A DNA stretch of 63,956 nt, filler included, from Octopus bimaculoides (taxonomy: Eukaryota), in NCBI RefSeq assembly GCF_001194135.2. It is 7 parts of 7 records of this genome, joined end to end, with 100 filler letters (N's around TTAATTAATTAA, not from the genome) between each part and the next. Parts side by side here need not be neighbours in the genome. Positions count along the whole stretch, not along the records: positions 1 to 15,338 come from NC_069003.1; positions 15,439 to 20,478 come from NC_068989.1; positions 20,579 to 29,764 come from NC_069004.1; 4 more parts are not named here. One strand, given 5' to 3'. Position numbers and translations under genes: made by a program. Under the pieces are notes generated by a model. It did no database searches, was not told the DNA's origin, and was given only the letters and a program-made list of their open reading frames with translations. This document shows, piece after piece, positions 12,185 to 25,349 of the stretch (the stretch's first letter is position 1; the number at the start of each line of letters is the position of its first letter).

Positions 12185-12410
12185 AGTGCTTGCGCTCGGC
12201 TGTTGTACAAACACTTCAAGCAATGCCTCATCATCCACAACAGCAGGTCTCATTGATTTGTGTTCGTCGCTGGTTTCACCTTCTTTTATGCGTCTGAACC
12301 AGCTTTGTGGCACACGTTTGCTGACAGTTCCTTGGCCTTCCACATTATTTCTTTCTGCTGCTGTTCTTGCATTCAGCCCTTTTTTTCCCCCACAGGTTGC
12401 GTAAAATGAC
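12185..12410 (-). mobile_element. Mariner transposase N-terminal HTH fragment
   Basis: KGLNARTAAERNNVEGQGTVSKRVPQSWFRRIKEGETSDEHKSMRPAVVDDEALLEVFVQQPSASTR follows the mariner pattern WF.RF..G..S.ED..RSGRP. Confidence 0.8.
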
Positions 12411-13379
12411 TCTACTCGAATTTTTTTTTCACCACCCGTTATCGAAACTGTAAAATACAGAATAAACAATTCAGCTAAGATTGGACAACAAGTTGTGTCA
12501 AATTAATAATATAACATGGAGATACAAGTTGGCAAAAATCGTCAGTAAAAATCCGAAAGAACTGTTGACTCAACCTGGTACACACATACACACACATATA
12601 CACACACATACACACATACATACATACATACATACATGCATACAGATAGACAGACTAACACACACATACAAATTGAAACCTGCTTTCTCTGTTCCATAAG
12701 CTCTATTCATATTTTCAATTTCAAACTTGTTCAGTTCTCACCTATATATATATATATAATAAAAAAAGAAATTTTAAAGAATTTCGCCTCGTCATCGCCA
12801 AAAAAGCATTGTGAAGACTCCATGAAAAAACCTGAAAAAAAAAAGCATCGCGAAAACATCACAGAAACAGGAAATTATAGGCGAAATGAAATAGATTTAA
12901 AATAATCTTTTTATNNNNNNNNNNNNNNNNNNNNNNNNNNNNNNNNNNNNNNNNNNNNNNNNNNNNNNNNNNNNNNNNNNNNNNNNNNNNNNNNNNNNNN
13001 NNNNNNNNNNNNNNNNNNNNNNNNNNNNNNNNNNNNNNNNNNNNNNNNNNNNNNNNNNNNNNNNNNNNNNNNNNNNNNNNNNNNNNNNNNNNNNNNNNNN
13101 NNNNNNNNNNNNNNNNNNNNNNNNNNNNNNNNNNNNNNNNNNNNNNNNNNNNNNNNNNNNNNNNNNNNNNNNNNNNNNNNNNNNNNNNNNNNNNNNNNNN
13201 NNNNNNNNNNNNNNNNNNNNNNNNNNNNNNATATATATATATATATGTATAGGATATTGTCACGTGATCATAAGTAAATAAATAGAAGTATTAATCTTGA
13301 GATTGTCTTCTTTGAAGATTATGATATAACAAGCGTCGAGAATGGTGGAGTAGAGAGAAGAGAGAGAGAGAGAGGCAGA

Positions 13380-13937
<558 letters not shown>

Positions 13938-13960
13938 AGGAGTTTGTGTTTTTATGTATA

Positions 13961-14758
13961 CTAGACTACCCGTGATCCGTTGAGTCACAGGGAAACTCTG
14001 AGTTTCCCAGCATCAGAGTTTTGTTTCGTGGGTTAGAAAGATTTGGCTGCTATTTCTTGCACGCCCTGTCTTTCGGATCCTTTATCGCAAATAACTGTTA
14101 CGTGGCAGCAGGGCGTGCTAGAAATAGCAGCCAAATCTTTGGAGGGGCGATACGTTGAATGCATTCCACAAAAACTATATCACACTGAGGTCACGGACGG
14201 GTCTTTTACGAAATATCTACCGTATTTTTAAAGTCATTTTCACTTTAGAATATATTTTGAATATGTCAAAAAAAACAAAATATATATTTGTAATGGTATT
14301 CACTTGAAAATAATTAAAAAAAACATTATTGCTAAAATATACGTACTTACTGTACAAACAGATTACATTTTTGAAATCACATTCACTTAAAAATATTTGC
14401 AAATGATTAAAATATTGTGTTTAACAAATGCGAAAACAGAAATTGTAAAAAAAAATAAATCGTTTTTTTTCCGTTGTCAACTGACTGACTAATAGAAAGA
14501 TAAGAGTTTCTTCCCTTTCAGGATGAAGATTATTTTCGGAACATTTTCCCATTATGCACCGTTTTGGGTATTTATACCCCCGAAAATGTCTAATATCTTG
14601 AAAACTACTTCACCGATCTACGCGAAGCTTGTTTTATTCGATTCGTATTAACATTTCAGGGTAACCCTAATTCCATGTTATTTTCCCATTATGCGCCAGT
14701 TTCGCTGAGTAACATTACAAGCAAGCAAGACTGAAACAGACTTTTAATGTATTATAGA
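13961..14758 (-). mobile_element. Non-autonomous Helitron-like element
   Basis: On the minus strand it starts A|TCTATAATAC and ends with a hairpin (ccctgtgac...tcacggg) followed by CTAG|T: TC...CTAG ends inserted in an AT dinucleotide. Confidence 0.72.
14039..14138. mobile_element. 100-bp MITE-like palindrome nested in the Helitron-like element
   Basis: 30-bp arms agatttggctgctatttcttgcacgccctg / cagggcgtgctagaaatagcagccaaatct with one mismatch. Confidence 0.75.
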
Positions 14759-15160
14759 TATGTATTCATAAGTAAATACATGTAAATGTGCTCGCATGCG
14801 TGCGCGTGTGTGTATATATCCAGACAGGCAGATCATACTCATAAAGACACTTATTCCACTCCCCATTCCTGATCGATTTATGCACCATTTAGTCATGATG
14901 TCAACAAAGGCTACAGAAATTTGAATAAGGCTAATCAAGTAGTTTTATTTAGCTCAACTGCGGCTGATGAGGCAAAGAGCCATCGAAACAGCTTGATGCC
15001 GTGCGAAGTTACTAGCAGCAAACATTAACTATTTTCTTAGTGCGATATATTTGAGATCCATCTTCCTGTTTACTTAATCTACTCAGTGATTTCGTGGTTA
15101 AATATCTCTTTTAGATGAACTGATAATATACAGTCTAAGTTCATGAGTGTCTATTTACTG

Positions 15161-15203
<43 letters not shown>

Positions 15204-15438
15204 CACTGGTGCCAAGCTGTATTGGCCTTTGATTTCTCTTGAATAACATCAGTGGCGTGGAACGGGGAGGCTGGTATGCATGGGCGACTCCTGGTCTTCC
15301 ATAAAAACAATCTTGCCCGGACTTGTGCCTCAGAGGGGNNNNNNNNNNNNNNNNNNNNNNNNNNNNNNNNNNNNNNNNNNNNTTAATTAATTAANNNNNN
15401 NNNNNNNNNNNNNNNNNNNNNNNNNNNNNNNNNNNNNN

Positions 15439-15543
<105 letters not shown>

Positions 15544-16169
15544 GTGTGTATATGTGTGCGTATGTGTATGTGTGTGTTTGTATTAAAGCAATCTTTTACT
15601 TGCATGATAAATTGCAGTTTACAATTTACATTTTCTTAATTTAGCATCAGCAAATCTATTCGTTATACAGAAAAGATTTAGTTCACGTACAAATTTATGT
15701 TCAATGATCATTACAGTCAGTGTTCAATTTGTTTTGACTCATGATGTTTCTTAGTTTACTTTTAATTTCTTTCATTTATAAATAAGCATCCCTTAATACA
15801 GTTGGTTACCCTACTGCCTTTAGAAAAGGACCCGTTGGATTTTGTGATCCTGTATTTGCTGCACATAGAAAAATGATGGGAAAGTCATGACTGGAATAAC
15901 TTTCATCATAAGTCTGCTTGACAGGGACAGATAACAACAATCCAAAAAATTGTCAACTATCAAACAGGAAAACTAACTTTACAATGTATATTTGGCGTCA
16001 ATATTAGAAGTAATGTTAGTAGTAAACTGTTCTATTAACTGCACAGATTCTTCACTGAACCTTTCTTCCAGATTTTCTGGATATGATTTGACAATATTTG
16101 ATTACCTCTTTACAATTTCTTTGGGTAGAAACGGCTGTAATTGATGAGGGGATACAAATCCACTTTTCT

Positions 16170-16560
16170 TTTACTTGTTTTAGTTATTGGACTGAAGTTA
16201 CGCTGGGGCACCACCTTGAAGGGTTTGATCCCAGCGCTTATTTTTTAAAGCTTCTTATTTATTCTATCGTTGTTTTTTTTACCGAACCGCTGAGTTACGT
16301 GAACAAGCCAACACCAGTTGTCAAGCGGTGGCTAGGTACAAACACAAGGACACATAGATACACACCCACGCGCGTGCGCGCGTGTATAAACAACGGGCTT
16401 CTTTCAATCTGTCTACGAAATCCTCTCATAAGGCTTTGGTCAGCCCCGGGCTATAGTAGAAGACACTTACCCAGGATACCGCACAGCGGCGCAGTGTTAT
16501 TGAATCCGAAATCATGTTTGGAAAGCTAACTTCCTACCCCACAGTCATGACTGCGCCCAC
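16170..16560 (-). mobile_element. SINE family B, near full length
   Basis: Body and head match the other copies. Confidence 0.85.
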
Positions 16561-16899
16561 CTTTTGATAAACTTTCTGGCGTTCTTACATGGCAGAAAGT
16601 AAGCTATTAACTATGGTAAGAATTGTTCGTTTTTAAACTTCTGGGGAGACATTTGAGATTTAACATGTATGTCAAAAGTAGAAAAACCACTGAAATTGTC
16701 ATATTCTCGATTTCGATCGTGTTCTCTTCGCGTTTGTTGTTGATAATCATCACTCTCAGTCTGATCCATGACTTTTTTGGCTCAATATCTAGGGAAAGAG
16801 ACCTCGTAGATTGACTACATCCAATTAATAACTCATAGAGTTCTAGAAGATTACAAAGGAGTACAGGCCATAACTTCATCGCGGCTGAAAATTGTCTAT

Positions 16900-17110
16900 G
16901 AGATTGTTATTAGCAATTTCTTCTGATAATCTTACTTGGAACATCAGCCAATACTCCAAGACTTGCTTTATTGCAGAAAAGTTATGTAAAAGTGCTTTTG
17001 TTGCACCGCCTTCTGATAATGCTGCAGAAAGGAGATTCCGCTGATAGCTAGAATCAGAAAAATGTGCAAAAATTCTAAGATTAACGCTTCCTGATAAATT
17101 TAACAACGCA
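16900..17110 (+). pseudogene. Possible hAT transposase C-terminal dimerisation-domain relic
   Basis: KLCKSAFVAPPSDNAAERRFR**LESEKCAKILRL loosely resembles APPSS..SERLFS...L..E...K.LFL; weak. Confidence 0.2.
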
Positions 17111-19745
17111 TTTACAATTAAATTGTAGGTATACACTAACTTAGAAAGCCAATGAATTTTTCTCGCACTTTTGGTAACACGTGCTGGAGGGGTGTAGTGG
17201 GAGATATAGAGTCTGTATGTGGCGTGTCAGCGGATGAAGAAGTAAAATGTACAGTAGACGAATCAATTGTTTAACTCAATCAATACTCACAGTTTGGTGC
17301 TTGCCATTAACGTCCAACACCATAAACTTAAGTTTCACTTTAGGACCCGATAAGGACCAGTATACGACTGTTGGAGGGGTTGTCTAACAAGATCTTGCGA
17401 ATAAAAATATGAGTCCAATGAGTCCATGAACGAATATCGGGTGGCACAAAAGACTTGAAGGACTGTGCCCTAGTTACCAAAGGGGGTAACTCTTTCGTGT
17501 AATTCTGTAAACGATGCATGTAATCAGCCGGATTGGAAGTTTGTTCAGGAGTAATTGAAAGCGTAATCATTTAACCAGGCAGAGTAAGCGGGGCACCGTA
17601 GAGTAGTACCGCCGTGAAAAAAACTAGGTATTCCTTAACAACCGAGTGAAAGCCCAGTAGAACTATCGGTGGTACTTCCAATCACTTGTGTGAGTTGGGG
17701 TAAACACATAGAGTAGTTTTCAGCTGCTGATGAAAGCATTCTATCATTCCGCTAGCCATAGATTGGTAAGCAGTGGTACGGATTCGCTGTGTACTTAGTA
17801 AATTTGAGAGTTCGGCAAAAGTTTCGATTCGATTCGACCACAGTCGGTAGTGATGGTAAGAGGAACTCCAGACAATGAGATCCAGCAGGTTATGAGAGTC
17901 TTCGCGATTGCAAGAGATGAGATATCCTTGATGGGAATAGCTTCAGGCTATCTAGAAAAACGATCAATACAGGCCAACAAATTCAGATAATCTTGTGCCG
18001 GTGGCAAAGGGCCGACGATGTCGATGTCGATGTGTTTAAGGCGTGCGTCTGATGTACCAAAAGTACACAATATGGCGTTGCACATGGCGTTGCACTTTAG
18101 TCATCTGGTACGATATACAAGCTCGCACCCAATGCCGAACTTCCTTTTGCATACTGGGCCAAACAAAACGACTAGAAATCAATTTGGCCGTTGCCGAAAT
18201 ACCGGGATGAGACAAATTATAGAGCATCGGAAATATTGTTCGTCTGTGCTCCTTAGGAACATAAAATCGAGACACACCGGTAGAAACGTCGCACAGGATA
18301 GAAGAATTTGGAGAAAATAATGGTAATAACCGGAGATCCAAAGAATGACAATCCTATGATTGCAGAATGAAAGTTCGTGATCCTGGTCTTGATCGAAAGC
18401 TATCTGTTGCAAATCTATGGAGTTGGTAGTATGCAAAGTGTTAATATGAACGCGAGATAAAGCATTAGTTGTATAATTATCCGCACCCTTGATATACTGG
18501 ATATCCAAAGTATATTGAGAAATGAAATCCAAATGCCGTAGATCACTAGGAGAATATTTATCGGATTGCGACTTTACAGCAAAAGTTAACGGCCTATGAT
18601 CCGTAGAAATTGTGGACTTGCATCTCTCAAGAAAATGTCGGAAATGTTTAATAGCCAGTTAAACAGACAATAAGCTCTCTATTGAAAGTACTATACCGAG
18701 ACTCTACAGGTTTGAAACGACGAGAGAAAACAAGCAAGTAGCTGCCATGTGCCACTGACCAACTGTTGTAGACCTCCACCTATTCCTAAGTCAGATGCGT
18801 CAACTATTAATGATAAAGGAGCCTCAGGACTTGGGTAGGTTAATAGCGTTATGCTGAATAATTTCTCTTTGATATCTTCGAACGCTTGCAGGAGAGAAGA
18901 AATTAGCGATATAGCTTCATTTTTCATTTTATTGTTCCGTAAAAATTCCGTACAATGAAGTATGAATCTCCTGTAAAAATTCATTAGGCCGAGAAATTCG
19001 CCTAACTTCCGTAAGGAACCAGGAGCAGGGAAATTGAGAATGGCCTCAATTTTAGTTGGTAGTGGACGTATACCGTTCTTGTCAATGGTATGTCCAAGAA
19101 AAGTGAGAAAAGGAACGCCAAACATGCATTTACTAGCATTAATAATAACATCGTATTGCGCTAGACGTGTAAAAAGTTGCTGTAAGTGAGCTAAATGTTC
19201 TTCTGTAGAACTAGCTATCAACAAATCACCGATATAGGTGAAAACAAAATTTAAACCATGGCTTCGTTGATAAAGCGTTGACAGGTTCTGTTTGCGTTAC
19301 GTAAACCAAAAGGTATCCGCACAAATTCAAATAGACCAAAAGGAGGTGGTCTTGGGTATGTCGGAAGGTTCAAATGAGAATTGATTATAGGCTCGCACTA
19401 GATCGATTATAGAGATTTGCAGCCGTGTAAAGATGCAGAAAAGTCGTGGATATGAGGAATAGGATAATTGTCCGGAACTATTAGAACATTCAAACGTTGA
19501 TAATTTCCACACAGTTGCAAGATTTCTTTGACACTAGATGTAGAGAAGATGAACCAATTACAGCTAGAAGGACGAATTATTCCAAGGTCAAACATGTGAC
19601 GAAATTCATTTTCCGCAGCTTTAAGTTGACCTGGGGCAAGGCGAGAAAGCCATGAGGGTGGGGTCCCTTAGTAAGGATATGATGCGTGACAAAATGCGCT
19701 GGAGATTTATTATGAAAAACAGTTCGAGTTAACACCGGTATGTAG
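17100..19745 (-). mobile_element. Decayed Ty3/Gypsy pol (RT, RNase H, integrase)
   Basis: [13 protein letters not shown]; IDLVRAYNQ; TFLGHTIDKNGIRPLPTKIEAILNFPAP; LIVDASDLGIGGGLQQ; SHPGISATAKLISSRFVWPSMQKEVRHWVRACISYQ; C-terminal QSYTGPYRVL. Many frameshifts and stops; no LTRs recognised. Confidence 0.92.
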
Positions 19746-20065
19746 TTTCAAAATGTCTTATTTTACAACTATGAGATGTATTGTTATTGTTATGATTTTA
19801 TCTTACTATAATCAACAACAAACACATTTCGTCAATATAAAAGTCTTCTATTAAAGGATCTAGTCTTTCTCATTCGCAAAATGAGTCCTCTTCAATTTTG
19901 CTCAGATTGCTTTCAATTTTGGTGTATCGATGCAACTCTGAATTTTGATTACCATCAACCAATTTCTATATCTCATAAATTAAAGAATCTAATGTTATTC
20001 GGAATTAAAGTTGAGAAATTTGGGTAATTTTAGTCAATCAACAGACAGCGTGGCATAAGCAGCTT

Positions 20066-20079
20066 ATTACCATGACAAC
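20066..20079. promoter_or_regulatory. RFX X-box-like motif
   Basis: Minus strand reads GTTGTCATGGTAAT, close to GTTNCCATGGNAAC, in a small CpG-containing patch. Confidence 0.4.
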
Positions 20080-20254
20080 CGCACGCTGTGTTGTGGTTCA
20101 CTGTTGTCTGTGCCGCTGTTGTCTACGTCGATTTCACCTGCGTGTTTTGTTTTAATTTTTCTGTGTGTTAATATATTACATATTTTTCTGTGCTTCTGTG
20201 TGTTAGTATTTTTCTATGCTTTTTCTGTGTGTTAGTATTTTTACATATTTTTCA

Positions 20255-20478
20255 TCTATATATATAAAAATGAGAATGTGTGTCTGTCTGTCTGTCTGTC
20301 TGTCTGTGTGAATCCCTAAAACTCGAGAACTACGCAACCAATTTCATTCAAATTTTACACATGCCTTACTTAGGGTTCCAGTTGTGTTTTAGTAAAAAAA
20401 AATTATTAACTTCTTGCAGAGTTCGAGCACACGGCAACATAATATCTCCTCCACTATTTAAGTATTACGTGTCAAAAG
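20255..20478 (+). mobile_element. Non-autonomous Helitron-like element, 5' part truncated by a gap
   Basis: Begins A|TCTATATATATAAAA followed by (CTGT)n; 3' end not visible. Confidence 0.55.
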
Positions 20479-20578
20479 NNNNNNNNNNNNNNNNNNNNNN
20501 NNNNNNNNNNNNNNNNNNNNNNTTAATTAATTAANNNNNNNNNNNNNNNNNNNNNNNNNNNNNNNNNNNNNNNNNNNN

Positions 20579-20631
<53 letters not shown>

Positions 20632-20879
20632 ATATTTCGGGATGGTAATTATTTTTCTGTTTTTTTTTTGCCAAATAAACATTCGCGCTATATATTCGTT
20701 CTTCACTCATTTTTTACTGTTCTTATTTTAACTGATGTCCATTGTCCGGATATCTTCCGTCACACATCTGAATGGACTAAGCGGAGCAGGACGATTTACG
20801 AGGACGGAAAATGTCGCCTAAGAGATCACAAATATATGACGAAAGATTTCAGTTAAATAAAATAAGAATAGTAATAAAC

Positions 20880-21260
20880 GAGTGAAGAATCAATATATTG
20901 TTCGTGGGTATATTTGCAAAATAACAATAACATCCTGAAGCTGTGACTGAGGGAGAAAATGTGTCGATTCTCTGGAACTTCCCCGTACATACCGACAAAA
21001 CTATAAACGCTAATAAACCGGATATTATTATAAAAGATCAGACAAAAATGATGTGTTTATTAATTGGCATGAGTATTCCTTGCGACATGATCAGTAAATA
21101 GAAAGACTTGCGAATAGAAATTGAAAAAATGTGGCATCTCAAGGCGACTACCGTACCAGTGATTGTAGGATCTCTAGGAATGATAAAAAAAGGTACTGAA
21201 GCCTTTTTGAAAATGATACCAAGCTTACCATCCCTACAGGAAGTGCAAAAGTCATAACTG
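20880..21260 (+). mobile_element. R4/Dong-like LINE, restriction-like endonuclease fragment
   Basis: ILWNFPVHTDKTINANKPDIII ... KDLRIEIEKMWHLKATTVPVIVGSLG matches the PD..D RLE region. Confidence 0.8.
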
Positions 21261-22024
21261 CGAAATAAAGATTGAACTTTGTGGATTGAAAAATCGTTAG
21301 ACCGTCGGCCAAAATTTCTTGTGGTACTTCGACTCTTTACATTTTGAGTTCACCATCAACCGAGGTCAACTTGTTTTTCATTCCTCCGAGGTCGATAAAA
21401 TAAAGTACTCGTCAAATATTGTGACTGATCTACTCGAACAGCCTCCTCCCCTTAAAATTATTAATACTAAATAAAACTAGAGTCCCAGGAAGCTAGTACT
21501 GGTCTTTCAAGTTATTTAATTTAGAATTATTTCTAAAATTTGGTTATGAAAGTAAATTTGCAGATCATTGAAGCACAAACATAAAATGTAATAAATTAAT
21601 TTAGAAATAGAAATTGCGAAACGTGGTCGCAGTCATACAAGATTCAAACTGTTTCTCATCTTCCATTTTTTTGGTGTGTTTGTTTGATTTTCGTTTTTCA
21701 TTTTTCATCTCTATCTTAACTCGTATTTAATTTATAAATAATAATATTTCCATATATCAAATATTTGAAAACACCTCGTCTGAATTTGAGGTCATATTCT
21801 TTACAACCTTAATTCAGTTTATGGATCTGTTAATCATTTTCCTCCCCCTTACTGGATTTCTCATCCGTACCTCCATATGGGGGCGTGGCTGTGACGTGAT
21901 GAATTTCTTGGCAAATATCATAGCTAAATGAATGGCATTTAGAGCGAAGTCTACTTCGGAAAAAATTAAAATGGTATTTATTTCTGTAGATGGATTTTCC
22001 TCAAATTTAAATCAAATTTGTTAA

Positions 22025-22155
22025 TATTGGTTTCAAATATAGGCACAAGGCCAGCAATTTCGTGGGAGAGGGTAAGTCGATTACATCGATCCCAGTGCTC
22101 ACCTCGTACTTATTTTATCAACCCCGAAAGTATGAAAAGAAAAGTCGACCTCGCA
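22025..22155 (-). mobile_element. SINE family A fragment
   Basis: ggcacaaggccagcaatttc...gtcgattacatcga...aaagtcgacctc, shared with other copies. Confidence 0.8.
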
Positions 22156-22235
22156 GTGATGTCTATGTTACGCGTGGATGATGCATGGGCAACACAGGGC
22201 AGTTCAGAGAGTGGTGAAGAACCATGTTATTTATA

Positions 22236-22266
<31 letters not shown>

Positions 22267-22978
22267 NNNNNNNNNNNNNNNNNNNNNNNNNNNNNNNNNN
22301 NNNNNNNNNNNNNNNNNNNNNNNNNNNNNNNNNNNNNNNNNNNNNNNNNNNNNNNNNNNNNNNNNNNNNNNNNNNNNNNNNNNNNNNNNNNNNNNNNNNN
22401 NNNNNNNNNNNNNNNNNNNNNNNNNNNNNNNNNNNNNNNNNNNNNNNNNNNNNNNNNNNNNNNNNNNNNNNNNNNNNNNNNNNNNNNNNNNNNNNNNNNN
22501 NTATATATATATATATATATGAACGGAAGTTGTTGGAGGCGGCGTTAAATAGATCACTGATGTTCATTTACCAAATAACTGCAAAACACACTCATGTATA
22601 AAGACGTGAATGGTCTAAGTCTGCAGTTACACTTCAAAGTTTATATAACTAAACTGATTTAATTGCATTTTATTTCTATCCATCAAATGAACTGCATTTT
22701 GCTTTGGTAATCAGATTTTAGAAATAATTTTGACTAAATTGGCCGGAAGAATCGTACGATTTACAGTTTAAAAGTCTTGAGCAAACTACTACAAACATAA
22801 TATAATATTATCTGTGTAATTTCATTATTTAACAATCTTCTTTATTCAAATTTATTGTAAATAATAAACTAGTAAGAAACACGGTAAAATTACTGTTAAA
22901 GAGATATCGAGACTTGGCAGTCATTTATCAAAAGAAAATTTTTCACTGCAAAATGATTTGTATATCGACCGCTTCTAT

Positions 22979-23399
22979 TTGGTGATGGCGGTACATGTAA
23001 TATGATTTCAATGTATTAAGACGAACTAAAGTGGTGGTATTTGCGTAATGAATGAGCTAATGTAGAGATATGTGTGTAATATTTGAACTAGCGTGGCCAC
23101 AGATATGTTATGCAGTAGGTAACGTGGCAAAACATGCGTAATGCATGATATAACATAGTGATACATGTTTAATATACGAGGTAACTAGCGATATGCGTGG
23201 AATGTACGAACTAAAAGGGTGATATGCGTGTAATGTATATGTATATTCTAAGAATTAACATGGTGATGCGTGTAATATACAAGCTGACGTAACGGTAAAT
23301 GTGTAATGTACGTGTTAATGTTGTAATATGCGTGTAATATACGCGCTAGCGTATGTGATATGCAATGTACGAGTCAAGGTGGTGATAAATGCGTTATGT
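22979..23399. repeat. Degenerate ~30-bp minisatellite, resuming at 24420-24545
   Basis: Approximate unit gatatgcgtgtaatgtacgagctaacgtggt, roughly 14 highly diverged copies plus about 4 beyond the SINE cluster. Confidence 0.7.
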
Positions 23400-23739
23400 C
23401 ACTTTTTAAAGGTATCGCTTTTATCATCTACTTGTTTCAGTCGTTAGATTGCGGCCATGCTAGGGCACCGCCTTGAAGAATTTTTAGTCGAATGAATCGA
23501 CCCTTGCACTTTTTTGTTTTTAAGTTGACTAACTCTATCGTTCCCTTATGACGAACCGCTATGTTACGGATGTACACACATCAACACCGAGCGGGGTTGT
23601 ACAAACACACACACACACACACACATACACACACACACGCACGCACACACGCACACACACGGGCGCGCAATAACCTTAAAATCAGGAACGTTTGAGCGCT
23701 CCCTCGTATATATGTTAATATGGCGATTTACGTGTAATG

Positions 23740-24400
23740 TACGGACCAAATTCTTTTCTACTCAAGGCACAAGGTCCGATATTTTGGGGGAGGGGGGCCA
23801 GTCGATTAGATCGACTCCAGTACGCAATTGGTACTTAATTTATCGACCCCGAAAATATGAAAAGCAAAGTCGACCTCGGCGGAATTTGAACTCAGAACGT
23901 AAACACAGACGAAATACCACTAAGCATTTCGCCCGGCGTGCTAATATTATTATTTCTTTATTTCCCACAAGGGGCTAAACATAGAGGGGACAAACAAGCA
24001 CAGACAAAGGAATTAAGTCGATTAGATCTACCCCAGTGCGTAACTGGTACTTAATTTATCGATCTCGAAAGGATGAAAGGAAAGTCGATCTCGGCGGAAT
24101 TTGAACACAGAATGTAACGGCAGATGAAATACCGCTAAGCATTTCGCCCGGCGTGCTAATATTATTATTTCTTTATTGCCCACAAGGGGCAAAACATAGA
24201 GGGGACAAACAAGGACAGACAAAGGAATTAAGTCGATTAGATCTACCCCAGTGCGTAACTGGTACTTAATTTATCGATCTCGAAAGGATGAAAGGAAAGT
24301 CGATCTCGGCAGAATTTTGAACACAGAATGTAACGGCAGACGAAATATCGCTAAGCATTTCGCCTGGAGTACTAACGTTTCTGCGAGCTCACCGCCTTAT
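23740..24400 (-). mobile_element. Head-to-tail trimer of SINE family A
   Basis: Three ~200-bp units; two share private variants (gatctaccccag, gatctcgaaagg, gaacacagaatgtaacggcag). Confidence 0.88.
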
Positions 24401-24961
24401 TGCATGGGCTAAATTGATGATCAAATGTGTAAAATACGGACTAACGTAGTGGTATGTGTATAATATATATGCTAATATAGCGATAAATGCGTAAGGTACA
24501 AGGTGACGTAGAAATATGTGTATAATATACGTGGTAACATGACGAGATAAACAACTAGATTTAAATACTATAAATAAATCAAGGTAAAATTTCTACATGA
24601 AATAATATTAAAGATAAATATGAAGTTTCGCATTCTATATTAAACAAACTCTACGAATCAGAAATGAAATTCTGATAAAAATATTTTCTTTAAAAAGAGC
24701 CAAAATAAACGAAATACTATCACTGCAATATCAAATAGTAATTCAAATTGAAAATAATTCGAAAGGAAATTAATTTTGATTTGCTATGCGAACTCTTATG
24801 ATTTTGCAATGATACGCATATTCTTCGACAGTGAAATCCTTCTAAAATCAATACATTAGATATATATATAATATCTACGAATCTGAAATGAAATTCTGAT
24901 AAATTAGATATATATAATATCTAATGTATTATTTCTACGAAGAAAAGACTTAAAATACATT

Positions 24962-25130
24962 CACGAAAGGGTGCTGAAATGTTCCTGGCTTTTACAGGGC
25001 TTAGAAAAACTAAAGGACCGCTGCAATAAATGAGTAAATATGAGAGGGGAAAATGTTAAATAACATAATTAATTTATGTTCCTGTATTTTTTTTTACCCA
25101 AAGCCAGGAACTTTTCAGCACTCCTTCGTA
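24962..25130 (+). mobile_element. Internally deleted mariner (MITE)
   Basis: TIRs acgaaagggtgctgaaatgttcctggcttt / aaagccaggaacttttcagcactccttcgt; the interior keeps a transposase C-terminus (EKLKDRCNK*VNMRGENVK*). Confidence 0.75.
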
Positions 25131-25349
25131 TTCAGGAAAAGTATCTCATAACTGTGATTGGCAAAGAAAAGTATTATTTTTTTTTTTATATTTTTATCAA
25201 TAAACTCTTGTAATTTCAATATGAACATCATCTCGCTCGCATCTAATTTCCCGCGTATAAATATTTATAAACAGAATTAAAATCTGTCCGTATCTGTCAT
25301 TTTTTCTCTTCTTTTTTTTTTTAAATTCATTTGAATAAACCTTATTATT

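Noticed and set aside
12140-12469. 109-aa ORF as a host gene
   Set aside because: The translation is a mariner HTH fragment.
15383-15394. TTAATTAATTAA recurring inside N runs (also 20523, 29809, 53156, 60674, 62774)
   Set aside because: Always embedded in gaps and gives stops in all six frames; it is an assembly linker, not biology.
22979-23399. CRISPR-like array
   Set aside because: Contiguous degenerate tandem units with no conserved repeat and unique spacer alternation; no cas genes; eukaryotic context.
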